Below the pieces are notes generated by a model that was given only the letters and a program-made list of their open reading frames with translations, was not told the DNA's origin and ran no database searches. The position numbers and the translations under genes are program-made. Below are positions 11,030-20,089 of a stretch of DNA of 64,000 nucleotides, piece by piece. Position 1 is the stretch's first letter; each line of letters starts with the position of its first letter. Origin of the DNA: Minisyncoccota bacterium (GTDB taxonomy: Bacteria > Patescibacteriota > Minisyncoccia > Phycocordibacterales > PALSA-1337); NCBI GenBank assembly GCA_041666915.1, contig JBAYFZ010000001.1, positions 137,086 through 201,085 of the forward strand. Direction: 5' to 3'.

Positions 11030-11116
11030 GGAGAGGTGGCAGAGTGGTCGAATGCACCACTTTCGAAAAGTGGCAGGCTCGCAAGAGCCTCGGGAGTTCG
11101 AATCTCCCCCTCTCCG
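11030..11116 (+). tRNA. tRNA-Ser (anticodon CGA), type II with a long variable arm.
   Basis: Acceptor GGAGAGG/CCTCTCC, discriminator G, anticodon stem CCACT/AGTGG with loop TTCGAAA, variable arm GGCTCGCAAGAGCC, T-arm GGGAGTTCGAATCTCCC. Confidence 0.9.
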
Positions 11117-11140
11117 CAACGAGCTAACTGATGAGAGATT

Positions 11141-11231
11141 GAATTATTCGGAAATTCCGAATAATTCAAAAAGAGAGCGGTGGGGTGGTAGAAAGGAATA
11201 TTGCAACTACTAAGGAATCCTTAGTAGTTCA
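11141..11231. other. Two perfect hairpins between the two tRNA-Ser genes (GAATTATTCGGA-AATT-CCGAATAATTC and ACTACTAAGG-AAT-CCTTAGTAGT). Likely processing or termination signals.
   Basis: Read directly from the sequence. Confidence 0.5.
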
Positions 11232-11313
11232 AAAGCTTGATTACGTAGAAGATGAGATTGTCATAACTAGTGAAAAATATACCCTCTTTATGCTAAGATG
11301 TTTTGGTAACCAT

Positions 11314-11400
11314 GGAGAGATGGCTGAGTGGTTTAAGGCAGCGGTTTACTAAACCGCCGTTCCCTTACAGGAACCGTGGGTTCGAATCCCACTCTCTCCG
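11314..11400 (+). tRNA. Type II Ser-like tRNA whose anticodon loop reads TTACTAA. The anticodon is ACU, where a Ser-GCU would be expected.
   Basis: Acceptor GGAGAGA/TCTCTCC, discriminator G (Ser identity), anticodon stem GCGGT/ACCGC with 7-nt loop TTACTAA, variable arm TTCCCTTACAGGAA, T-arm GTGGGTTCGAATCCCAC. Confidence 0.8.
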
Positions 11401-11526
11401 CATTTGACTTCTATATTATATATGTTATAATCCACATAGAATAGTTGCCAACTGTTCTAGATTGCATGAAGTATTTTTGTAGGTTACAAGCCTATAAAAA
11501 TGGGCTACAACCCCATGGTCTGAAAA

Positions 11527-12306
11527 ATGGCACGAAAGATAAGTACAATGAAAATGAATAATGAAGAGATCGATCGTCTACTACGTGTCGTATCTGAAAG
11601 TCTCCGTCTAAGTTGGGAGAAGGCAATGATCAATGGTCAGAGCTTATTAACAATAAAGAAAGAAAGGGAGGATGCTTTTGCCTTGATTGAGTCTAACGAC
11701 AAGAAGGTTAAACGTATTCTAAGTTTAATGTTATTGTTCTGTGCCTCGTCTGTTGCGGCTACGGTGTACATTTCAGTATGTAACATCGTTTGTCCGGCGT
11801 GGGTTAATGAGATACAGGGTTTTCCGATTTTGTTTCTTTTTATCGGTGTTTATGGACAATGGTATCTTGATAAAAAGAGCAGTACTGCACGGCGGGATGT
11901 ATCAGAATGTGAAGAAGTCTTCACATGGTTAGGGGAGTCAGTGGATTCCTTAAATTGTCTCGGTGTTGGTAATCCTCATTGGGATATCATTACTGAGCCA
12001 CAAGTCACTGAGAGATTGGTTCGGGCTGCTTATAGGGTCTTGGATGCGCAAGCAAGCTTTGAATCGTGTCGTGTAAAACCTAGCGTAGATCGGTACAGTG
12101 TGATCCGTGCTGGAAATTGGATTGAGCATTGTGAAGGAATGTTTAATCGGATTTGGGATACAGCTACGCACGATTTCGGTCTGATCTTTGATAAAGGAGA
12201 GATCTTCAAGCAAGCTTTAAAAGAACTTGAGAAGGATAAAGTTAAAAAAACTTCGGATTGCCCCGACGTTCCTTACTTACCAGACTGGGCGAAACCGCCG
12301 GTGTAA
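11527..12306 (+). CDS. Hypothetical protein with a Cys-rich central region, immediately downstream of the tRNA cluster.
   Basis: Long ORF of 259 aa. No recognised motif. Confidence 0.5.
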   Translation: MARKISTMKMNNEEIDRLLRVVSESLRLSWEKAMINGQSLLTIKKEREDAFALIESNDKKVKRILSLMLLFCASSVAATVYISVCNIVCPAWVNEIQGFPILFLFIGVYGQWYLDKKSSTARRDVSECEEVFTWLGESVDSLNCLGVGNPHWDIITEPQVTERLVRAAYRVLDAQASFESCRVKPSVDRYSVIRAGNWIEHCEGMFNRIWDTATHDFGLIFDKGEIFKQALKELEKDKVKKTSDCPDVPYLPDWAKPPV

Positions 12307-12317
12307 TGGTAACAAAA

Positions 12318-12358
12318 GACCCTCGCGTACAAAGTGTACGTGAGGGTTTGTTTTTTTA
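12318..12358 (+). terminator. Strong rho-independent terminator.
   Basis: ACCCTCGCGTAC-AAAGT-GTACGTGAGGGT followed by TTGTTTTTTT. Confidence 0.8.
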
Positions 12359-12366
12359 AATCGTGA

Positions 12367-12636
12367 TCAATCATCGAACTTGATAGTTTTAGGATTCTGT
12401 CTTATTAGGTCTCGTAGAGCCCTTAGATAATTGACGGCTTCTTCGCCGGTTTTGAAGACTGGAGGTGTTGCCAATACAGTTACGTCTTTCTTCCAATCTT
12501 TAATAAAACCAACAATTCTTCCACTTTCACCACCGAAGTGAATCTCAAGATCCGCTCCTGAGGCTTCTGGGGACAGTAACGTCCTAAGAACGTCTGGCTT
12601 AAGACCTAGACAATTTACTAGCATTTCATCTTTCAT
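12367..12636 (-). CDS. Hypothetical 89-aa protein, last gene of the flavinylation-module operon.
   Basis: ORF co-directional with and 68 nt downstream of the 12705..14231 gene. No motif recognised. Confidence 0.5.
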   Translation of the reverse strand: MKDEMLVNCLGLKPDVLRTLLSPEASGADLEIHFGGESGRIVGFIKDWKKDVTVLATPPVFKTGEEAVNYLRALRDLIRQNPKTIKFDD

Positions 12637-12704
12637 AATATATAGAGCTGTTTATTAAAAAGGCTAGCACTAGGCTAGTCAAAAATCAAGCCCTTTTTCC
12701 TCAC

Positions 12705-14231
12705 CTAAAACCCTGGAAAATAATCAACCTTAACGTTTTTCTTGGGTACACCTATTTCAAAAAGAACTTTTTCACAGGCAGTCACGAAGGCGTGTGGGCC
12801 GGACACAAAGAAGAGACGTTCCATATAGTCGGGCACTTCATTCAAAATCATTTTTACATCCACGAAACCTTTGTAGCCAGCCCAATCTTCTGGTAAATGT
12901 TCCAGATCCGATAGGGTACAGACAGTTTTTAGATCCATCTGAACATGTGCACGATGAACAAGGTTGGTGTAGGCTATCTCCTCAAATCTTTTACAACAAT
13001 AAACCAAGGTAACATCACGTCTCTCATCTCTATCTATCATATAAGAAATCATACTTCGGAAAGGTGTGATACCGATACCACCAGCCAAGAAGCAAAGCTT
13101 GGTATTTTTGTTTTTTGGTAAAGTGAATTCTCCAGAAAGTTGTCCCGCTAATATAGTCTTACCTTCTTCCAATTCTGCTAAAGCTTTTTTGAAACTACTA
13201 GATTTTTTGGCGTCAAATTTTATGCCGAGAAGAATCTCTTTTTCTGTTGGAGAAGAAGCGATGGTCAAGTAACGTCTATTACCACGACTATCCGTCTTAT
13301 TATGATCCAAAGTCCATTCCATGTACTGTCCGGGTTTGAATGATATACGTCTATCAGGAACGAAAGCGAATTCTCCAGTATCTTTGGCTATTTTGGTGCT
13401 ACCTTTGAAGGTTAGGATATATTTTAATTTTGGACTCATGAGCCAAGAGAAGATATTTCCTACGCATAGAGCCAATTCTGGAGTGGAATAGAGCCAACCA
13501 ATGTGTATAGTAGGAATGAATAAGACACCCGTTATGGCACCATAAATGACACGACCAGACTTTGTTGGAGGAGTGGTCAGAGGTTCAGTGAGCATTACCA
13601 AAGCAAAGAAAATGATGGGGGAATCCACGAATATTTGACGAAGTAGTACAAGAGGACTTGTATGTCCAAAAGTAGATATAGTAATAGAGATAAATGCAAC
13701 TACTACGAAACTTATTACCAGATCAAACCTTCTGATTTTGCGAGTGATGAATAATCCACCAATCAAAATGAATGGTAACATCCAGATTGTACCAATCCAC
13801 CAAGTTGCGGACTCATGAATAGTAAGAGCTGTCAAAGCTACGGCGAAACCTGCTGGATTGAAAATATGTTTTTTACCAAAAGCTAAAATAAATTTACCCG
13901 CTGAACCCCAGATACCAGCCCAGATGAGGAATGGAACTACTGAAAGATAATGTCCAGTAGTTGGAGGACTGATCAGAAAAGCTAGAATAAGTGCCGTTAT
14001 ATAAACTGATTCAGAATTGGCCGGAGTATTGAATATTTGAGTGAAGATTTTATTTGTCACCCAAGAAACTATCAACAATATTGCTGTTGAGTAAAGAAGA
14101 GCTTGCGGAGTGAATGGTAACTTTCCAAATGCACTCAAAAGGGAAGCGATAAGAAGCCAAGCAGTGAGACAGTACAGTACCAATCTGTACATCGTTATTT
14201 TATTTAATAAGTTATCTATGGATTTAAGCAT
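12705..14231 (-). CDS. Membrane flavocytochrome-like oxidoreductase. The N-terminal half is a polytopic His-containing membrane domain (ferric-reductase/NOX-like). The C-terminal half has FAD-binding and NAD(P)-binding FNR-like domains.
   Basis: C-terminal …RRYLTIASSP… (RxYS-type FAD motif) and …LAGGIGITPFRSM… (NAD-binding GGxGxxP), …FFVSGPHAFV…. N-terminal region with about 6 TM helices and conserved His residues. Confidence 0.6.
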   Translation of the reverse strand: MLKSIDNLLNKITMYRLVLYCLTAWLLIASLLSAFGKLPFTPQALLYSTAILLIVSWVTNKIFTQIFNTPANSESVYITALILAFLISPPTTGHYLSVVPFLIWAGIWGSAGKFILAFGKKHIFNPAGFAVALTALTIHESATWWIGTIWMLPFILIGGLFITRKIRRFDLVISFVVVAFISITISTFGHTSPLVLLRQIFVDSPIIFFALVMLTEPLTTPPTKSGRVIYGAITGVLFIPTIHIGWLYSTPELALCVGNIFSWLMSPKLKYILTFKGSTKIAKDTGEFAFVPDRRISFKPGQYMEWTLDHNKTDSRGNRRYLTIASSPTEKEILLGIKFDAKKSSSFKKALAELEEGKTILAGQLSGEFTLPKNKNTKLCFLAGGIGITPFRSMISYMIDRDERRDVTLVYCCKRFEEIAYTNLVHRAHVQMDLKTVCTLSDLEHLPEDWAGYKGFVDVKMILNEVPDYMERLFFVSGPHAFVTACEKVLFEIGVPKKNVKVDYFPGF

Positions 14232-15027
14232 CTTTTCTTACGAGATTGTCCGCTGGTTGGTGGATTGCGAAACTTTCAAAACCACTAGTCATGGTCGCCA
14301 TACCTGCATTATCAATTATATAACCTTCTAGACCTTTCTGCTTCTCTATAAAGTTAATACCTGCTTTACCCATAGCAAAAACGGCTGTAGCAAAGCGATC
14401 GGCTTCGTAAACATTCGGTCCTATGACAGAAAGACTGACGATGTCAGTAATTTCTTTACCCTTGTTTTTTGGATTGTAAATATGTTGACCACGAATATAA
14501 GTACCAGATGTGGCGATTCCTTGATTTTGCAAATAAACAACTTTTATAATTTCACCTTGTTTGAAAGGGTTTTCTATACCGACTTTCCAAAGCTCTCCTT
14601 TTGAATTGTTGCCACCGACTTGTATATCACCGCCAGCTTCCACATAGTAATCTTTGAAACCATTTTCTTCTATAATTTTTAAAGCGTTATATATTGCCCA
14701 ACCTTTCACTATGCCTGATGGGTCGTATATCCCTTTGCGATTTACAATATCAAAATAACCATCAGTTTCTTTTTTTGTTTGTTCTGATAAAAGGAAGATC
14801 TCTCGCATATCTCTACTTGAATTTTCAATTGAAATTTCACCGCGATTTATCTTCATAATCTCACTATCTTTTTTGTAAGTACTAAATTTTTCATCAACAT
14901 AAACGAAATAATCAAAAGCTTTGTTGATAGCAAGAGATTCGTGAGGAAAAACAGTAGAATCGTTAGTCTTTGGTGAGACTACTTCTATTGTGATAGGCAT
15001 ACCCATAATAATACGGGTCTGTTTCAT
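14224..15027 (-). CDS. apbE: FAD:protein FMN transferase (ApbE family).
   Basis: ApbE signatures …DYFVYVDEKFSTYKKDSEI…, GIVKGWA, …GDIQVGG…, …GIATSGTY…. 8-nt overlap with the downstream gene. Confidence 0.85.
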   Translation of the reverse strand: MKQTRIIMGMPITIEVVSPKTNDSTVFPHESLAINKAFDYFVYVDEKFSTYKKDSEIMKINRGEISIENSSRDMREIFLLSEQTKKETDGYFDIVNRKGIYDPSGIVKGWAIYNALKIIEENGFKDYYVEAGGDIQVGGNNSKGELWKVGIENPFKQGEIIKVVYLQNQGIATSGTYIRGQHIYNPKNKGKEITDIVSLSVIGPNVYEADRFATAVFAMGKAGINFIEKQKGLEGYIIDNAGMATMTSGFESFAIHQPADNLVRKDA

Positions 15028-15028
15028 A

Positions 15029-15475
15029 TTAGATCTTGGCTTGAACCAATGCTTGAGTTAGAGATTTGATGAATCCAGTACTAGTCTGTGTTGCTCCAGA
15101 GACCATATCCACGGTTGCACTCTGAACTTTGATGGCTTCACTCTTCAAAATCGGCATAGCGTGGGCACTTTTTTCTTGGGAAGTCTCCTGATCATTGGGA
15201 TATTGTAAGAATTTGATGTCAGTCAATTTGCTATTAGCAATAGTTGCTTGTACCTCTACGTTGCCATAGAAAACATCTACTACTGGTCCAGTATATGTAC
15301 CATTTTTGTATTTAATTGAAGCACTTGCTGAGATTTTTGGTTTTGTAGGGGTCACGTTCAATTCTGATGTTACTGGTGTAGGTGAAGAAGCAACCTCTTT
15401 CACTTTTGAAGTGGTCCAAAATGAATAAAATGCAAAGACGATTATTAGTGATAGTGATAAGTATAGTTTTTTCAT
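15029..15475 (-). CDS. Secreted FMN-binding-domain protein, the likely flavinylation substrate of ApbE.
   Basis: Signal/anchor peptide. C-terminal FMN_bind motif …VDMVSGATQTSTGF… (S/T-G-A-T, where Thr is the flavinylated residue in NqrC/RnfG-like proteins). Confidence 0.75.
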   Translation of the reverse strand: MKKLYLSLSLIIVFAFYSFWTTSKVKEVASSPTPVTSELNVTPTKPKISASASIKYKNGTYTGPVVDVFYGNVEVQATIANSKLTDIKFLQYPNDQETSQEKSAHAMPILKSEAIKVQSATVDMVSGATQTSTGFIKSLTQALVQAKI

Positions 15476-15617
15476 GATGTATTTAATATTTATTTAAGGG
15501 TATGTCCAATAAAGGTGAAGCAAAATTTCTTCATTATTTCTTTAATCTTTCTTAATCAGGATTTTAACCAGCTCTGATATCCTTTGTTATTATAAGTATA
15601 ATTCATTTAATAATTTT

Positions 15618-16142
15618 ATGAAAGCAAAAAAAGATTTTATATGTTGCACGATCAAGAAGGTCAAAAAAACTAAGGTCAAAGTTCCAAAGAAAGGTTTTAC
15701 TTTGATAGAAGTTCTAGTGGTTATAGGTATCATTGCTATCTTAGCGGCGGTTGTTTTGGTAGCAGTCAATCCTTCAAGACAATTCAAGTTGGCTCGTGAT
15801 TCTCAGAGAGTTAGTAATGTAAATGCTTTATTGAATGCTATTCATCAAAATATGGCTGAACATCGTGGAATGTTTGTCTGTGGTGGTGTTACAAGGGTCT
15901 TACCAAGTACTGCTAGGGTAGTCAAAACAGCTTCTTCTTCACCAGAAGATGAAGGTGACATAGCTTCTTGCTTGGTGCCAGACTATTTATCTTCTTTACC
16001 AGTTGATCCTTCAATGACCAACGCTCATTTTTCTGACGCAACAGATTATGATACCGGATATGTTATTTATAAGGATATAAACAATCGCATTACTGCTAGT
16101 TCAACAGGTGAGTTGACCACATCTATATCAGTGACACGTTGA
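15618..16142 (+). CDS. Type IV pilin-like protein with a prepilin N-terminal cleavage/methylation motif.
   Basis: …KKGFTLIEVLVVIGIIAILAAVVLVA… (class III signal G|FTLIE followed by a hydrophobic helix). Confidence 0.75.
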   Translation: MKAKKDFICCTIKKVKKTKVKVPKKGFTLIEVLVVIGIIAILAAVVLVAVNPSRQFKLARDSQRVSNVNALLNAIHQNMAEHRGMFVCGGVTRVLPSTARVVKTASSSPEDEGDIASCLVPDYLSSLPVDPSMTNAHFSDATDYDTGYVIYKDINNRITASSTGELTTSISVTR

Positions 16143-16167
16143 AAAAATTAGACTATTATATAGAGTA

Positions 16168-17106
16168 ATGACAGTTAATCGAAAATTTATAATTCTCTGG
16201 TTATCTTGTTTTATTCTTATAGTTTTTGCTCTATTCGTTAAATTTTCCGATTCTTTGTTTCAAGATAAAACATCAAAAGTTTTAGATACTATTCCAGTGC
16301 AAATAGATGCTGTCCCCGATAGTTCTTTCTATTCTCAGGAACAGATTGATAAACAAAAGAAAGCGGTTGTTCCGGTCAAACCACCAGTTTCTGCTAGAGC
16401 TTATTTGGTCGGAAATGTTGAAACTGGGAAGGTTTACATGGAGAAGAATTCCAAATTAGTGTTACCAGTAGCTTCCATGTCAAAGTTGATTACATCTATA
16501 GAATCTTTGGATACGATGTCCTCAACCACAGAGATCACTATTACCGAAAGTATGCTCGGACTATCTGATTCAGTCAATTTGAAAGCTGAAGAGAAATTCA
16601 CTGTTTCGGAATTACTCCATGTATTATTGCTCAATTCTTCAAATGTTGCTGCAGAAGCTCTAGCATCCTCTACAGATAGAAAGAAATTTTTGGACATCAT
16701 GCCAAGTTATGCTTGGGAAGTTGGAATGCCTGTAACTTATTTCGCTGATCCTTCTGGTATAGATCCGCATAATGTGTCATCAGCTAGCGATTTCTTTGCA
16801 TTAGCAAGATATCTATACAAGTTGCGTCCAGATATTCTCGCTATAACCAAGACAACCGATTATATATTGGCCACGACAACTGACCATGGATATCATAGTC
16901 TATTCAATATTCATCCTTTTGTAAGAGATCCCAACTTTCTTGGTGGCAAAACAGGTCATACAGATGAAGCTAAAGATACGATGCTAACCATTATTAAAAT
17001 TGGAGATCAACCTGTAGCAGTTATCGTACTTTCGTCGGATAATAGAAAAGCGGATACGGCGTATCTCATAGGACAGGTTAAGGCAATGAGAATTTCTAAT
17101 TACTAA
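16168..17106 (+). CDS. Serine-type D-Ala-D-Ala carboxypeptidase (peptidase S11/PBP5-like).
   Basis: SxxK (ASMSKL), SxN (NSSNV) and KTG (GGKTGHT) motifs in the canonical order. N-terminal membrane anchor. Confidence 0.8.
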   Translation: MTVNRKFIILWLSCFILIVFALFVKFSDSLFQDKTSKVLDTIPVQIDAVPDSSFYSQEQIDKQKKAVVPVKPPVSARAYLVGNVETGKVYMEKNSKLVLPVASMSKLITSIESLDTMSSTTEITITESMLGLSDSVNLKAEEKFTVSELLHVLLLNSSNVAAEALASSTDRKKFLDIMPSYAWEVGMPVTYFADPSGIDPHNVSSASDFFALARYLYKLRPDILAITKTTDYILATTTDHGYHSLFNIHPFVRDPNFLGGKTGHTDEAKDTMLTIIKIGDQPVAVIVLSSDNRKADTAYLIGQVKAMRISNY

Positions 17107-17125
17107 TTTTTAATTTCTAAGAAAG
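17088..17125 (+). repeat. Repeat family 2 (GAATTTCTAATTACTAATTTTTAATTTCTAAGAAA), copy 1. It overlaps the stop codon of the S11 gene. An inverted copy lies at 17396..17430, and further copies at 47278..47312 and 25214..25240.
   Basis: Direct comparison of the four loci. Confidence 0.7.
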
Positions 17126-17296
17126 CTCCAATAAACAAACACCAATAAACTAACCAGTTTGTTCCGTCGTCGGCCCAGTAGGCGAATCTACTGATTCGTC
17201 GGACGTTGTGAATGTAATACACATTCACACGATCCTCACTAGCCGGAATAACCAACCGCCCATCGTGGCATTTTGGTTATTGATTATTTTTGTTGT

Positions 17297-17389
17297 GTCA
17301 TTCCCGCGAAGGCGGGAATCCAGGATTATTACGAATCAATAGTCCATATTTTGCGGTAACCATGGATTCCCGCCTTCGCGGGAATGACA
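17297..17389. mobile_element. MITE-like element, copy A. Terminal inverted repeats GTCATTCCCGCGAAGGCGGGAATCC / GGATTCCCGCCTTCGCGGGAATGAC, with internal core CAGGATTATTACGAATCAATA…GGTAACCATGG.
   Basis: About 25-bp perfect TIRs. Four related copies in the window (B 29054..29199, C 32030..32106, D 42893..43014). No coding capacity. Confidence 0.8.
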
Positions 17390-17395
17390 ACGCAA

Positions 17396-17430
17396 GAAAT
17401 TAGTAATTAAAAATTAGAAATTCTCTTCAT
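17396..17430 (-). repeat. Repeat family 2, inverted copy (AAGAAATTAGTAATTAAAAATTAGAAATTC). Together with 17088..17125 it brackets a ~340-bp repeat-rich intergenic segment containing MITE copy A.
   Basis: Reverse-complement match to 17088..17125. Confidence 0.65.
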
Positions 17431-18176
17431 ATCCAACTTCTTATCAAAGCCTCCGTTTCTTCTGGACCTTTTACTGAAATACAATCTACACCAGTTGTCT
17501 TGGCAGGATAATCGTTACCACCATAGAATAGGGCATCACCAACAAATAAAATATCATCAACGGATAGTTTCAGATATTGCTCTAGTTTGCGGATACCGTA
17601 AGCCTTATTCACTCCTTTTCTAGTTATATCTACTGATGTAGCACCACCGACTCTAATATCAAATTCTGGAATCTTTGGCATCAAAAGTGAAGCGATATAT
17701 TCACGCTTCTTTCTGGTTGGATCCCAAGCATATTTCAGTTCTACGGGAGCTTTTTGTCCAAGAGCAGAAAAAGTGATTTGTGAACCACGATCTTCTATGA
17801 GATCGCCGTAGACAACGGCAGGTTTTTCGTAAGCAGAACTATTTAAGATCAAGTTCAAAGCAGTCATAATCTTAGCTTTTTCTTTTTGTTCTAAATTTTC
17901 CGCATATTGTTCTTGCCAATCTCCTTTCCAGACATAAAGTTTTGTACCAGAAGTCGGTAAGAGCAAAAGATTACCGTAATTTTCTGAAGCACTAGGTATT
18001 TTGCTTATAAACTGTGTTTGAAATTGAGGGTAACCACCACCGGAAATTATTGCAACTTTTGTCGTGACTAAAAGTTTGCTTATAAGATCGGCCATAACTG
18101 GTTCAATAGGAGATTTACTTTTTGTTAAAGTACCATCAAGGTCAAATATCACTAGTTTTTTGGAAAAGTCTGACAT
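17427..18176 (-). CDS. HAD-superfamily hydrolase, eukaryotic-type phosphomannomutase (PMM)-like.
   Basis: N-terminal …VIFDLDGTLT… HAD motif I. Overall length and motif spacing (…GGGY…, …FVGDAL…GGNDY…) resemble the PMM/HAD-IIB family. Confidence 0.65.
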   Translation of the reverse strand: MSDFSKKLVIFDLDGTLTKSKSPIEPVMADLISKLLVTTKVAIISGGGYPQFQTQFISKIPSASENYGNLLLLPTSGTKLYVWKGDWQEQYAENLEQKEKAKIMTALNLILNSSAYEKPAVVYGDLIEDRGSQITFSALGQKAPVELKYAWDPTRKKREYIASLLMPKIPEFDIRVGGATSVDITRKGVNKAYGIRKLEQYLKLSVDDILFVGDALFYGGNDYPAKTTGVDCISVKGPEETEALIRSWI

Positions 18177-18179
18177 ATT

Positions 18180-20063
18180 TTAGATTTCAAGCATTCGTAA
18201 GAGAGCGGATACTTTTACTGTGGCAACACCGGTGACCAAATCGGCTGCACCGTAATATATATAAGCATTTGTTCCTCGGACTGTTAGTCCGCAAGGGAAG
18301 ACTACGTTTGCGACTATTCCTTTGTGTTCATATTCAGCTTCAGGCTCAAATAATGGAATAGCTGTTCGGGCTTTGACAATGGTAGGGTCTTCTAAATCCA
18401 GCAAGACTGCACCAACGCGATATGTCGTACTCCAAGATACGCCATGGTATAGGAGAAGCCAACCAGCTTTTGTTTTGATGGGTGGTGTAGAAATACCGAC
18501 TTTGCCACCGTCCCACATGCCACGACGTGGAGAAATAATCTCAATACATTGGGTTATTTTTTCTTTTGTAAAATCTAAAGAAGAGACGAAGTCAGCGCAT
18601 ATACTTTCGTTGACTCTATGAAATATCATGTAACCTCCTTTAACTTTTTCTGGCAAAATAGTGGAATCTTTGTTGGCTATAGAAGGTGGAGAGATAACTT
18701 CTGGATTGGACCATCCCGCCCAACGCTTTTTCAGGAAATCATTAGTAGATATTGAACTGATAGCTACTCTAGGTGTAACGCCGTCATAACCGGTATATGT
18801 CATGTAAAGGCGTTTATCTATCTCTACAATTCTAGGGTCTTCACAACCCAATGTTTCAAATCCGGCTCGTGGGAAATATATGGGTTTATCTGATCTTTCG
18901 TCTATTGAAAAACCATCGGATGAACAAGCATAACCAATTGTAGAAATATTGTTGGCTGAAACAGCTCTATAAAGAATATGAGTCTTATTGTCTAATTCAA
19001 TAGCCGCTGGGTTGAGAGTACCTCTAGCTTCCCAAAGCATTTCTGGTCGTGGAGATAGGATAGGGTTACCTGGAAAACGAGTTATGTTGGAACCACGGTC
19101 TTTGTCGGTAATACTCTTTAGGAGATTGTCCAAAGGGATTTTTGCCATGGCACAATGTGTATCGGCGCCACCGTAGTAGATTTCAAAATGATTGTCACGG
19201 ATAAGTGAACCAGAAGGGAATATGACATGTCCTACTTGCCCAACTTCTTCATAATATGTCTCTGGTGCCATGAAAGGGCCCTTTGTCCTACCGATAATAT
19301 GACGAGGATTGTCTTTGTCTAGAAGGAGGACTTCAATACCAAAGACTTGATCGGATCTTCCGTATCTCTGAATATGTGAATACAAAACCAACCAGCCTTT
19401 GTCTGTCTTTATAGGAGCGGCACCTAGCTCTATATGGTCATCTGGAAGTCTGGAGACGTGGAGTTTATGAGCCTCAAGATTTTCATACCAAGCGTTCCAG
19501 TATTCTGGTGACCACATATCTTCTGGTTTATCAAATTCTGCGTAGCAAATGAAGGAAGGTTTACGATCAGTGTTTACGGTTAGGAGTGCTGCGATTTTGC
19601 CGTTTATCTTTTCTGGGAATAATGCCATGGCTTTGGCATTGAATGGTGTGACCAAATGTTTTTCGGTTATGGTATCCAGATCTTTTGAAAGAGCAACTGC
19701 AACCTTGATAGTTTCAGCTGAAAATGGGTAACCTCCTAAAGCGGTATAGAATATGTAGTATGTATCACCAAGTTTTGTGACGCGAGGATCTTCACAACCG
19801 TAGAAATCAAATTCACGATCTGGTGAGACGAGAATTTTGCGATCTTCAAAATGGTGTCCATCTTTGGAAATACCTCTTCCAATAACAGAAGTTTGTACAT
19901 GAGGTTGGCGGAGCAAGTCTGGTTCAGACATGGCTCTGTAAACCAAGATAGTATTTTTACCCTTTACAATAGGAGAACCGTTGAAAGCGGCGGCAGCTTC
20001 CCATGGGTGTTCCTTTATTGGTGACAAGATAGGATTATGTTCTGACCTTGTTAATGTAAACAT
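18180..20063 (-). CDS. Tandem-domain glycoside hydrolase family 130 protein (two GH130 beta-mannoside phosphorylase-like domains).
   Basis: The GH130/DUF377 signature appears twice (…HNPILSPIKEHPWEAAAAFNGSP…LVYRA… and …GNPILSPRPEMLWEARGTLNPAAI…ILYRA…). Length of 627 aa. Confidence 0.75.
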   Translation of the reverse strand: MFTLTRSEHNPILSPIKEHPWEAAAAFNGSPIVKGKNTILVYRAMSEPDLLRQPHVQTSVIGRGISKDGHHFEDRKILVSPDREFDFYGCEDPRVTKLGDTYYIFYTALGGYPFSAETIKVAVALSKDLDTITEKHLVTPFNAKAMALFPEKINGKIAALLTVNTDRKPSFICYAEFDKPEDMWSPEYWNAWYENLEAHKLHVSRLPDDHIELGAAPIKTDKGWLVLYSHIQRYGRSDQVFGIEVLLLDKDNPRHIIGRTKGPFMAPETYYEEVGQVGHVIFPSGSLIRDNHFEIYYGGADTHCAMAKIPLDNLLKSITDKDRGSNITRFPGNPILSPRPEMLWEARGTLNPAAIELDNKTHILYRAVSANNISTIGYACSSDGFSIDERSDKPIYFPRAGFETLGCEDPRIVEIDKRLYMTYTGYDGVTPRVAISSISTNDFLKKRWAGWSNPEVISPPSIANKDSTILPEKVKGGYMIFHRVNESICADFVSSLDFTKEKITQCIEIISPRRGMWDGGKVGISTPPIKTKAGWLLLYHGVSWSTTYRVGAVLLDLEDPTIVKARTAIPLFEPEAEYEHKGIVANVVFPCGLTVRGTNAYIYYGAADLVTGVATVKVSALLRMLEI

Positions 20064-20089
20064 TTTTTTAAATAATCAATAACCAAGAC

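Noticed and set aside
10986-11213. 75-aa ORF on the + strand.
   Set aside because: It reads straight through tRNA-Ser(CGA). Spurious.
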